DNA of 64,000 nucleotides from Bacteroidota bacterium (GTDB taxonomy: Bacteria; Bacteroidota; Bacteroidia; AKYH767-A; OLB10): NCBI GenBank assembly GCA_019136655.1, contig JAGVTU010000012.1, forward strand, positions 19,813 through 83,812, written 5' to 3'. Within the stretch, counting starts at the first letter, position 1. Every line of letters begins with the position of its first letter. A program made the translations under genes and the position numbers. The notes beneath the pieces are model-generated. The model searched no databases, was not told where the DNA came from, and saw nothing but the letters and a program-made list of their open reading frames with translations. Below are positions 10,598 through 21,400 of the stretch, piece by piece.

Positions 10598-12508
10598 TTA
10601 CAGTCTTCCGTTTTTAATTTCTTCCACCACCTGAGGGTCGAGCAGTGTAGTAGTATCTCCGAGGTTCGACATTTCGCCTTCTGCAATTTTTCGCAATATC
10701 CTTCTCATGATTTTACCGCTTCGTGTCTTTGGAAGTCCTTTTACAATTTGAATTTTATCAGGTTTGGCAATTGCTCCAATTTCATCTGTTACCGTTTGAA
10801 GAATTTCCTGCCTGAGTTTCTCTTCGTCAGTCACGGAAGTTTGGCTGATAACAAATGCGTAAATACCCTGACCTTTGATGTGATGCGGAAAACCTACAAC
10901 GGCACTTTCTACAATATCGGGATGCATGTTGATGGCATTCTCCACTTCGGCAGTGCCAATACGGTGGCCACTTACATTCAGCACATCATCTACCCTTCCC
11001 GTAATGCGGTAATTACCCTGATCATCGCGAAGACAACCGTCACCTGTGAAGTACATATTTTTATAAGCGGTAAAATAAGTGAGCCGGCATCGCTCATGAT
11101 CGCCATAGGTAGTTCGCAACATACCGGGCCACGGAAAACGAATACAAAGATTTCCACTTTCGTTGTTGCCTTTTATTTCATTACCTTTTTCATCAACCAG
11201 GCATGGCTGAACTCCAGGCAGAGGCAAGGTAGCAAAAGCGGGTTTATGAGGTGTAACGCCTGCCAGACATGATATCATAATGCCGCCAGTTTCTGTTTGC
11301 CACCAGGTATCCACAACAGGGCATTTTTCTTTTCCGATGTTTTCGTAATACCATTGCCATGCTTCTTCGTTGATAGGTTCGCCAACAGAGCCAATCACTT
11401 TCAGCGAATCAAGTTTTTTATTTTTCAGATACTCCGGGCCGTACGCCATCAAACTTCTGATGGCTGTAGGCGCTGTGTAAAGTATATCAACCTGATGCTT
11501 GTCAACAATATCCCAAAAACGTCCTGCATCGGGATAGGTTGGAATTCCTTCGAACATGAGTGAAGTAGCTCCTGCGCACAACGGGCCATAAACGATGTAG
11601 CTATGTCCTGTAACCCATCCGATATCTGCTGTACAGAAATAAATTTGTCCCGGCTGATACTGAAAAACATTTACGAATGTGTAATCAACCCAAACCATGT
11701 AACCTGCAGTGGTATGCACCACTCCCTTGGGCTTTCCTGTCGAGCCGGAAGTGTAAAGTATAAACAACATATCTTCTGCATCCATCACTTCGGCAATGCA
11801 GTCGGGGTTGCCTGCTGATTCTACTTTTTTAATTTCGTCATGCCACCACACATCGCGTCCACTCATCATGTTGACGGGTGTATTTGTTCGCTGATAAACG
11901 ATGACTTTTTTTACAAAAGAATGATTTTCGATTGCTTCATCCACTACAGCTTTAAGATGAATATCTTTTGCTCCTCTGAAAGCACCGTCACATGTGATGA
12001 TACATTCTGCATGTGCATCCTCTACCCTGTCGGCAATGGAGCGTGCTGAAAAACCTCCAAATATCACTGAATGAATAGCACCAATACGTGCACAGGCAAG
12101 AATGGCTATTGGCAATTCAGGTATCATACCCATGTAAATACAAACACGGTCACCTTTTTTAATTCCATTATTCTTAAGCACATTGGCAAATTGCTTCACC
12201 TTAAACAAAAGCTCTTTGTAGGTAAGTGTTCTGCTTGCTTCGTCTGGACTGTTAGGTTCCCAAACAATTGCCGGAGTATCACCCGACTTTTCAATGTGTC
12301 TGTCGAGGCAGTTTTCGGTAATATTCAGTTTAGCACCATCAAACCATTTTACTGAAGGCTCTGTAAAATTCCAGTCGAGTACTTTGTCCCATTTCTTTCG
12401 CCAGTAAAAATTATTTGCAATCTCTTCCCAAAATTTCTCAGGATTATCTACACTTTTCTGATATGCCTTGCGGTATTCTTCTGCTGACTTAATCTGATAT
12501 GGATACAT
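10598..12508 (-). CDS. acs: Acetyl-CoA synthetase (AMP-forming)
   Basis: 636 aa. AMP-binding signature YTSGSTGKPKG, a WWQTETGG motif and the C-terminal PKTRSGKIMRR, all typical of Acs. Confidence 0.93.
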   Translation of the reverse strand: MYPYQIKSAEEYRKAYQKSVDNPEKFWEEIANNFYWRKKWDKVLDWNFTEPSVKWFDGAKLNITENCLDRHIEKSGDTPAIVWEPNSPDEASRTLTYKELLFKVKQFANVLKNNGIKKGDRVCIYMGMIPELPIAILACARIGAIHSVIFGGFSARSIADRVEDAHAECIITCDGAFRGAKDIHLKAVVDEAIENHSFVKKVIVYQRTNTPVNMMSGRDVWWHDEIKKVESAGNPDCIAEVMDAEDMLFILYTSGSTGKPKGVVHTTAGYMVWVDYTFVNVFQYQPGQIYFCTADIGWVTGHSYIVYGPLCAGATSLMFEGIPTYPDAGRFWDIVDKHQVDILYTAPTAIRSLMAYGPEYLKNKKLDSLKVIGSVGEPINEEAWQWYYENIGKEKCPVVDTWWQTETGGIMISCLAGVTPHKPAFATLPLPGVQPCLVDEKGNEIKGNNESGNLCIRFPWPGMLRTTYGDHERCRLTYFTAYKNMYFTGDGCLRDDQGNYRITGRVDDVLNVSGHRIGTAEVENAINMHPDIVESAVVGFPHHIKGQGIYAFVISQTSVTDEEKLRQEILQTVTDEIGAIAKPDKIQIVKGLPKTRSGKIMRRILRKIAEGEMSNLGDTTTLLDPQVVEEIKNGRL

Positions 12509-12586
12509 AAGAATTATTTTTTAATGAGGTTTCAGTATAAACTTCCTCCGATTTATTTGTGACGAAGTTATAAAGTTTGAATACAA

Positions 12587-13624
12587 TCAAAAAACAGAAA
12601 TATATTTTTCTTCTTTTTCCACCAATACGCCTATCGGGTTTCCGGGATGAAAACCATTCTCAGCACATACATCCTTAAACTCCTGTACACTGTCATGACC
12701 CACTGCAATAAGCAGTCCTCCACTGGTTTGTGGGTCGCAGGCTACGAACAGCTGATCTGATGTAAGTTCACTTACATCATTAGAAATATTTGCAAATATT
12801 TTTGTGGTCATATCAGGATACAAAAATTCTGAAATATATTTTTTGCAACCGGGCAACACAGGCAATTCATTAAACTGAATATGGGCAGATACATTACTCC
12901 CTTTGCACACTTCCATCAGATGACCAAGTAAACCAAAGCCTGTTATATCAGTCATAGCATGAACTCCGGGTAAATGACTTATTGCAGCACCTATATCATT
13001 TAATGTTGTCATACTTTTAATTGCGGCTTCGAGATCGTCAGGCTGAACTTTATGTTTGCGCAGCGCTGAAGTGATAATGCCGGTGCCGAGTGGTTTGGTC
13101 AGAAACAATACATCACCGGGTTGTGCAGTGTTGTTACGTTTGATGTTTTCGCAGTGTGCCATACCTGTAACTGAAAGACCAAAAAAAGGTTCAGCACTGT
13201 CAATGCTGTGGCCTCCGGCCAAAGGAATACCTGCCTTGGCACAAATTTCTTCTGCACCTTTTTTTATTTCAGCTGCAACAGATAACGGAATGCGACTCAC
13301 CGGAAATCCTAATATTGCTATTGCCATTAATGGCTTTCCACCCATTGCATACACATCACTGAGTGCATTGGCAGCAGCTATCCGTCCGAAATGATATGGG
13401 TCGTCAACAATAGGTGTAAAAAAATCTGCAGTGCTGATGACAGCAGTTCCATTTTGCAGATCATATACAGCAGCATCGTCATTACTATCGTTACCCACAA
13501 GTAGCTGAGCAGTATTGAAACTGCAGTTGTTTCCACTCAGAATCTGAGTAAGTACATCAGGTGCTATTTTACAACCACAGCCTCCATGCTTGCTGTATTC
13601 AGTTAATTTAATTGCTGTATCCAT
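12587..13624 (-). CDS. selD: Selenide, water dikinase (selenophosphate synthetase), Cys-type
   Basis: The N-terminal SKHGGCGCKIAP matches the SelD GxGCGCK active-site loop. The Cys17-equivalent codon is TGT (13577-13579), not TGA. AIR-synthase-like fold motifs follow. Confidence 0.9.
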   Translation of the reverse strand: MDTAIKLTEYSKHGGCGCKIAPDVLTQILSGNNCSFNTAQLLVGNDSNDDAAVYDLQNGTAVISTADFFTPIVDDPYHFGRIAAANALSDVYAMGGKPLMAIAILGFPVSRIPLSVAAEIKKGAEEICAKAGIPLAGGHSIDSAEPFFGLSVTGMAHCENIKRNNTAQPGDVLFLTKPLGTGIITSALRKHKVQPDDLEAAIKSMTTLNDIGAAISHLPGVHAMTDITGFGLLGHLMEVCKGSNVSAHIQFNELPVLPGCKKYISEFLYPDMTTKIFANISNDVSELTSDQLFVACDPQTSGGLLIAVGHDSVQEFKDVCAENGFHPGNPIGVLVEKEEKYISVF

Positions 13625-14648
13625 TGGTTACTATTTCTTTTGATTTGGCTATCAGATGCTGAACTACATCTTTTTGAGCCTCTATACGAATAATTTTATT
13701 TGCATCACGCTGCATATTGCTGTGCTGATATGTTTTATCATAATATTCCATCACAATATCACACCAGTCGGAAAGACGGTTTTCTTCAAGTGCTTCAAGA
13801 GCGTACTTTAGTCGAAGTCCTCCCAAACGTTTTTTAATTTTTTCAGTACATGCAGCAAGACTTTCCTTTTCGAAGATGCCATAGTTCTTCAGAATATGTT
13901 GCTTACGTTCCTCATAAGGCACATCTAACTCGTAACACACTGCTTCGCGCATTTGTTGAAATAATGCCATAGGTATGGCACATCTTCCTACCTTGTTACT
14001 TTCATTTTCAAGCCATACAGGAGCATCATCAGGTGCGCGATGCCACAGCAATGCAAGTCGGTTTTCGAATTGTTCTGTAGAAGGTTGTGGTGGCATTCCC
14101 AATGCTCCGAATGCAGAACCCTTGTGGTGAGCCAACTCTTCAATATCTATAATATATTGATTGCAGTTTTTCAATTCATGCAACAACTCTGTTTTTCTGC
14201 TTCCGGTTTTACCTCCGACAATGGCAATTATTTTTTGTACTGAAAAAGTACTGAGAGCCCAATGTCTGTATGCTTTATATCCCCCTTTTATTACTGTAAC
14301 TGGCAAACCACCCATACTAAGAATCCATGCCATAATACCACTGCGCATACCACCTCTCCAACAATATAAAAACACTTTTTTCCTCTCTGATATCTGATGA
14401 GCCTTTTCAATAAATTCAGCAAATCGCGGACCTATCAGTCTGAAACCTTCTGTAACGGCAGCCTGTCTGCCCTGTTGCTTATAAATGGTTCCGATGATTG
14501 CACGCTCCTCATTGTTCATCAACGGAAATGAAACTGCTCCCGGCACATGTGCATGTTCATACTCTGCAGGGCTGCGTGTATCAAGTAATATCACTTCATC
14601 CTGAAGTAAAAAAGGAATTACATTTTCAACCGTAATGGTGGCAGCCAC
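13608..14648 (-). CDS. selU: tRNA 2-selenouridine synthase (SelU/MnmH/YbbB)
   Basis: N-terminal rhodanese domain with active-site CWRGGMRS, then a P-loop region (GGKTGSRKT). GTG start. The gene overlaps selD by 17 nt. Confidence 0.85.
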   Translation of the reverse strand: MAATITVENVIPFLLQDEVILLDTRSPAEYEHAHVPGAVSFPLMNNEERAIIGTIYKQQGRQAAVTEGFRLIGPRFAEFIEKAHQISERKKVFLYCWRGGMRSGIMAWILSMGGLPVTVIKGGYKAYRHWALSTFSVQKIIAIVGGKTGSRKTELLHELKNCNQYIIDIEELAHHKGSAFGALGMPPQPSTEQFENRLALLWHRAPDDAPVWLENESNKVGRCAIPMALFQQMREAVCYELDVPYEERKQHILKNYGIFEKESLAACTEKIKKRLGGLRLKYALEALEENRLSDWCDIVMEYYDKTYQHSNMQRDANKIIRIEAQKDVVQHLIAKSKEIVTNGYSN

Positions 14649-14659
14649 AATAGAGACTT

Positions 14660-15097
14660 TTAATTTGGATAGGAGAATTTATACTTCTTGGAAAAAATAA
14701 ACTTTCTGACTTTGATCTCACCTTTAACAGCAAATTTCTTATCGTCTTTCTTAAACAATTGTGTTATCCCAAGCCAGCCGAGTTTAGGCATTGCCAACAC
14801 ATCAGGTTTAACTGTAAAAGGGAGTTGCGTTTTTTGTCCCGCTGCAAGTCGCTGTTTATGTCTGAGTCCAACTGAAGCTACTACACTGTCGGCAAGCAAA
14901 ATTTCAGTTTTCATTGACTTTAAAGTTACGCCAAAAGAATTGGGGTTCTTCAATCCAAGGTCGAACTGAATACTCATATCTTTTGACAAATCGGTAAGAC
15001 GCAAATTGCTCACTCCGGTTACTTCAGGCATTTTGAGTGAAACGCATCCCGACATACAAACTACCACAACAGGCAACCACAAAACTTTTTTAATCAT
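14660..15097 (-). CDS. LEA type 2 (water-stress/hypersensitive-response domain) lipoprotein
   Basis: I moved the start to the internal ATG at 15097, giving MIKKVLWLPVVVVCMSGC with a lipobox Cys. The 55 upstream codons of the track ORF have no signal-peptide logic. The body resembles the LEA_2 pattern (LKNPNSFGVTLKSMKTEILL). It ends 11 nt upstream of selU. Confidence 0.65.
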   Translation of the reverse strand: MIKKVLWLPVVVVCMSGCVSLKMPEVTGVSNLRLTDLSKDMSIQFDLGLKNPNSFGVTLKSMKTEILLADSVVASVGLRHKQRLAAGQKTQLPFTVKPDVLAMPKLGWLGITQLFKKDDKKFAVKGEIKVRKFIFSKKYKFSYPN

Positions 15098-15435
15098 ATT
15101 CAATTTTCTGATGAGGGTAAAATTACGAAGAAAATATAACGTAAAACCTTTTGCATATGTGCTGATGAGTTCATAAAAATTGGGTGAAAAGAACAAATGT
15201 TCATTACTAAATTCAATTACTGATAAGCGATTCCTTTTATATAAATGGAAAAATAAAGTCATCTACCAACAAGAATCAAAGATGCATCTCCAATTTTTTA
15301 ATCTGTTTCTGAAAAAACCTTACAACCCCTTCATTGACTGTAAGATGTGTTTACAATGAATTTTTTGGCAAGATTGTTGCAAATTGTTTCAAGACATCAA
15401 AAAAGTATAACACATTTTCTAAAAATCTTACAGCT

Positions 15436-16302
15436 ATGAGACAGCTGAGAATTACCAACTCCATCACACTGCGTGAAAGCGAATGCCTGAAACGTTATCT
15501 TAATGAAATTGCCTCTGAACAATTGCTCACTCCGGTAGAGGAAGAGCAATTGGCAGCACGTATTAAAAAAGGCGACAAGGCAGCCATGGAAAAACTTGTA
15601 AAAGCCAACCTGCGCTTTGTTGTGAGTGTGGCCAAGCAATATCAGAATCAGGGAATGAATTTATCTGACCTGATCAACGAAGGAAACATCGGCCTGATTA
15701 AAGCAGCACAAAAATTTGATGCCACCAAAGGATTTAAATTTATCTCGTATGCCGTATGGTGGATTCGTCAGTCTATTATGCTTGCATTGATTGAAAAAGT
15801 CAGACTTATTCGTGTACCTTTTAATCAGGTTACACAGTATTCAAAAATCAAAAGAATGCAAACGGCATTTGAACAAAAATATGGCCGTGAAATGAATGAC
15901 AAAGAACTTACTGAAGCTACCCAACTTTCAGAGCAGGCAATTAAAGAAGCAATCCGCCTGAATGTATCACCTGTTTCATTTGATATGCCCGTTGGCTCTG
16001 AAGATGACTCATCATCACTTTATGAGTTTATACCGGATTACACAGCACTGCCTGCAGACAACAGTCTGGAACGTGAATCTGTGAAACACGATATACAACA
16101 AACCTTAACGGTTCTTCGACCACGCGAGCGTCAGGTGGTAAAGATGTATTATGGCATTGAACACGAAAGCGATTATTCTGTAGAGCAAATTGCCGATCAT
16201 TTGGAAATATCACGTGAGCGTGTTCGTCAGATGAAAGATAAGGCCATTAAGAAATTAAAGAAAGTAAACACCTTGAGCAAATTGAAAACACATTTGTGCT
16301 GA
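15436..16302 (+). CDS. rpoD: Primary RNA polymerase sigma factor (sigma-70 family, Bacteroidota SigA type)
   Basis: I moved the start to the ATG at 15436 (MRQLRITNSITLRESE, the usual N-terminus of the ~288-aa Bacteroidota SigA). Region 2 motifs are DLINEGNIGLIKAAQKFD and YAVWWIRQSI. A region 4.2 helix-turn-helix is EQIADHLEISRERVRQMKDKAIKKL. Confidence 0.9.
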   Translation: MRQLRITNSITLRESECLKRYLNEIASEQLLTPVEEEQLAARIKKGDKAAMEKLVKANLRFVVSVAKQYQNQGMNLSDLINEGNIGLIKAAQKFDATKGFKFISYAVWWIRQSIMLALIEKVRLIRVPFNQVTQYSKIKRMQTAFEQKYGREMNDKELTEATQLSEQAIKEAIRLNVSPVSFDMPVGSEDDSSSLYEFIPDYTALPADNSLERESVKHDIQQTLTVLRPRERQVVKMYYGIEHESDYSVEQIADHLEISRERVRQMKDKAIKKLKKVNTLSKLKTHLC

Positions 16303-16338
16303 CCTGGAAACCAAACTAATCAGGTAATAAGCCCCTGA

Positions 16339-16371
16339 GGCGCTATGAGTCACTTTCATAGCGCCTTTTTT
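16339..16371 (+). terminator. Rho-independent terminator after rpoD
   Basis: Perfect 10-bp stem GGCGCTATGA / TCATAGCGCC with a 7-nt loop, followed by TTTTTT. Confidence 0.8.
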
Positions 16372-16489
16372 AATGATAAACCACTAATTTACAGATTGTT
16401 GACAACATTCTTGCTGCTTTGAAATTTAGTAGCTGATTTTTACTAATTTCGCGCCTTGAAAAATAAGGTTTAAGCTAAATAAAAAGTAA

Positions 16490-18004
<1,515 letters not shown>

Positions 18005-18022
18005 TAAAAATCGAAAAGCAAT

Positions 18023-18262
18023 ATGTTTTTAGAAATAATTACTCCCGGCAAAACGGTTTTCTCTGGCGAAGTTAATTCGGTTTCAGTACCGGGCGCTGAC
18101 GGAAAATTTCAGATGCTGAATAACCACGCACCTATTATTTCCACATTGGGAAAAGGAAAAGTGAAAGTAAAGACTGCTAAGGAAACACTGGAGTTTAATG
18201 TAAAAGGTGGCGTTGTGGAAATGATGAAAAATAAAGTGGTTTTACTGGCAGAGTCAGTTTAA
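18023..18262 (+). CDS. atpC: F1 ATP synthase epsilon subunit (short form)
   Basis: 79 aa, starting 18 nt after atpD. The N-terminal beta-sandwich pattern (LEIITPGKTVFSGEV.SVSVPGADGKFQMLNNHAPIIS) is typical of epsilon. Confidence 0.85.
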   Translation: MFLEIITPGKTVFSGEVNSVSVPGADGKFQMLNNHAPIISTLGKGKVKVKTAKETLEFNVKGGVVEMMKNKVVLLAESV

Positions 18263-18288
18263 TCCTTTACATAATTTAGAAATTAAAA

Positions 18289-18315
18289 AGTCACCTTAGC
18301 AGGTGGCTTTTTTTA
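18289..18315 (+). terminator. Rho-independent terminator after atpC
   Basis: 8-bp stem AGTCACCT / AGGTGGCT (one G-U pair) with a 4-nt loop, followed by TTTTTTT. Confidence 0.7.
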
Positions 18316-18427
18316 TAAGGCCATGCCATTCTAAATTAAACTCATTCATTACTTTATCATTGGAATTCTGCATCACTTTCATTAAATTTACGCCTTGTAT
18401 ATTTACCTCAGCATCCTGTCATTCTGA

Positions 18428-21400
18428 ATGATTAAAAAAATTACTATAAGTTTTGTAAGTGTTTTTATTCTGCTTGCAGTTGCCTATTATATAGTGCCTA
18501 AAGATACCATTATGCATTATAAGAAACTGTACAGCGACCATTTTGAAGATGTTTATAAAAGAAAGAAGAAAGGAAGAATACCCAAGCGCGACAGAATGGA
18601 CATGTACTACCAGCAGGAAACAGAACGAACCATGGATCCTGCTACCGGCACTGTACCAAGAGAAAGACTACTTGCAGGAATAAGATACATGGAAGCATTG
18701 CAGCAACAGCAATCTGCTAATCGCATGATGGGTGCATTGCCCGGAGTAAACTGGACAGAGCGAGGCCCGAGCAATTGCGGAGGACGCACACGGGCAATTA
18801 TGATTGACCCGAATGATGTTTCGAAAAAAACTGTTTGGGCAGGAGGAGTTGGCGGTGGCTTGTGGAAAACAATTGACATCACTGCTCCTAGTCCGTTGTG
18901 GTTACCAATAAATGACTTAATGGCGAATCTTGCTGTTACTACCATTTGCAGCAATCCAGCCAACACACAAATCATGTATTTTGGTACAGGCGAAGGTTAC
19001 AGCAATGCCGATGCTATCAGAGGGTTGGGTATCTGGCAATCTGTTGACGGTGGAAACAACTGGGCACAACTTGCATCTACCAACAATGCTAATTTTTACT
19101 ATGTAAACCGAATGGTTGTACATACAAACGGTGATGTATATGCAGCTACCAACAGTGGTTTGTTTCGTTCACAGAATAATGGTGTCACCTGGACTAAAGT
19201 ACTTGGTGCAGGCGTGGGGGCTGCAACCAACAATATCAGTGATGTAGAAGTTTCCACCAACAATTCAGTGTGGGCAAGCACACGTACTAATGGTGAAATT
19301 TACCGGTCGGCAAATGGCAATGCCGGCACATGGGTAAAAATGAATACAGGCACCAATGGATTTCCTGCAACAGGAGCATCGCGAATTGATTTTGCACTGG
19401 CTCCTTCCAATTCGCAGGTCTGCTATGCATTTGTTGCTGAAGGTGGAGGTGTAAATTTTTATCGCACAACCAATGAAGGTGCTAACTGGACTTTGTTACC
19501 AAAGCCTGTAGATGCTGATGGAGGTATAGGAAACGATATTACAAGAGGTCAATATTGGTATGACATGAGTATTGCCATTGACCCAAACAACAGCAATACG
19601 CTTTATGTGGGTGGAGTGGATTTGTTTAAATCATCAGACGGTGGAAATACATGGCAACAAGTTGCACACTGGTATGGCGGTTTCGGATATCAATATGCAC
19701 ATGCCGATCAGCATATTGCCATTTACGAGCCGGGAAACTCTAATGTAATTTATTTTGGAAATGATGGAGGAGTTTACCGCTGTGGCAATGCAGCTGCTGC
19801 ATCACCTGTTATACAATTTAAGAGTGATAACTATAACGTAACTCAGTTCTATGCCTGTGCAATTCACCCTACTGCTTATACCAATTATTTTTTAGCGGGA
19901 GCTCAGGACAATGGTTCGCATCAGTATAATTCAGGAGGCATCAATGCAACAGTAGAAGTAACCGGAGGCGATGGTTGCTTTACACATATTGATCAGGATC
20001 AGCCGCAGTATCAGTTTACATCCTATGTGTATAATAACTTTTACCGTTCTACCAATGGAGGTGCATCATTTACAGGTGTTGGTACCAGTGGAGGTTCTTT
20101 TGTAAATCCATCTGACTATGATAATGCAGCCAATATCATGTATGCTTATTCATCCAGTGGTACCTATGTGCGATGGATTAATGCAACAACAGGGTCAACT
20201 TTTCAAACGGTAGCATTATCACCCGGACTAACAGGTACCATCCGTGCAATTACTGTTTCACCTAACACTCCCAACAGAGTTTTTATGGGCGTGGGAAGTG
20301 GTCTCGTGGTAAGAGTAGATAATGCGAACAGTGTGGCATCAGGGTCGGCAGGTGTGAGGATAAATACGGGAGCAGGTATGCCTACAGGAAGTATTTCATG
20401 TATTGAAGTGGAAACAGGAGACGATAACCATCTGCTGGTAACTTATTATAATTATGGTGTTAACAGTGTTTGGGAAACTAAAGACGGAGGTACTACCTGG
20501 CAAAGTGTAGAAGGAAATCTTCCTGATATGCCAATCAGATGGGCATTGTTTAATCCGAATGACAACACACAGGCAATGCTTGCTACAGAACTTGGCGTAT
20601 GGACGACAGACTTGCTGAATGGTGCTGCTACCGTGTGGGGACCTTCCAATAATGGTCTTGCCAATGTAAGTACTCAGATGTTGCAATTGCGTGCGTCCGA
20701 CAAAGTAGTAATTGCAGCTACACATGGACGTGGCCTCTACTCTACCGATGTATTTGCTGACCCACATCCGGAATTTGTTGCCGATAAAAAAATTACTTAT
20801 GTCAATAAACCTATAAAATTTACTGACGCATCCTACAAATCAGTATCGTGGGATTGGGATTTTGGTGATGCAACAAATTCTAATGTTCAAAACCCAACTA
20901 AAACCTATACCACACCTGGCGTTTATACAGTATCGTTAAAAATTAATAACAGTGCCGGACTTGTAGAAACAAAAACTTCCTACATTCAAATATTACCGAA
21001 CAGAGGTACTCCATATACAATTATTGCAGGAGGAAATTTCGACATCAACCCATATGATTTTGGTAGCGAAGATGCCAGAGGTACACCCTGGCAGAGAGGA
21101 AACTCAGCCGTTGCCGGAAAAAACGGAACACTAAGTGGAAGTAATGCATGGGTAACAGGGCTCACTGCAACTACATATGCAGATAACAGTGATGCAAGGT
21201 TGATGACACCAAATTTCAATTTTTCTGCAGCAGGCACTTACACTTTGAAATTTTATCGCAAAAATGTTTTTGAAAGCAGTTATGATGGTATGCGCGTTGA
21301 ATATTCGCTCGACAAAGGTGACACTTGGGTGCCACTGAGTTTGGTAACTTCACCCAACTGGTATGATTTTGCAAATACAGTATCAAATACATCATTCCCT

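Noticed and set aside
10526-11272. 248-aa plus-strand ORF, plus several 70-95-aa ORFs up to 12355
   Set aside because: They lie entirely antisense to the strongly supported acs gene. The translations are Cys/Phe/His-rich with no motifs, which is typical of shadow ORFs on the opposite strand of a real gene.
12509-12589. Possible selenocysteine read-through of the selD TGA stop into acs (same reading frame, 81 nt apart)
   Set aside because: An in-frame TAA occurs 22 codons after the TGA, and acs has its own ATG and a full-length N-terminus. I see no SECIS-like hairpin.
15098-15435. N-terminal extensions in the ORF track for the lipoprotein (to 15262) and for rpoD (from 15334)
   Set aside because: The extensions encode no signal-peptide or conserved sigma-factor sequence. 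Internal ATGs at 15097 and 15436 give a canonical lipoprotein signal peptide and the usual Bacteroidota SigA N-terminus (MRQLRIT...). The region is better read as a 338-bp divergent promoter region.
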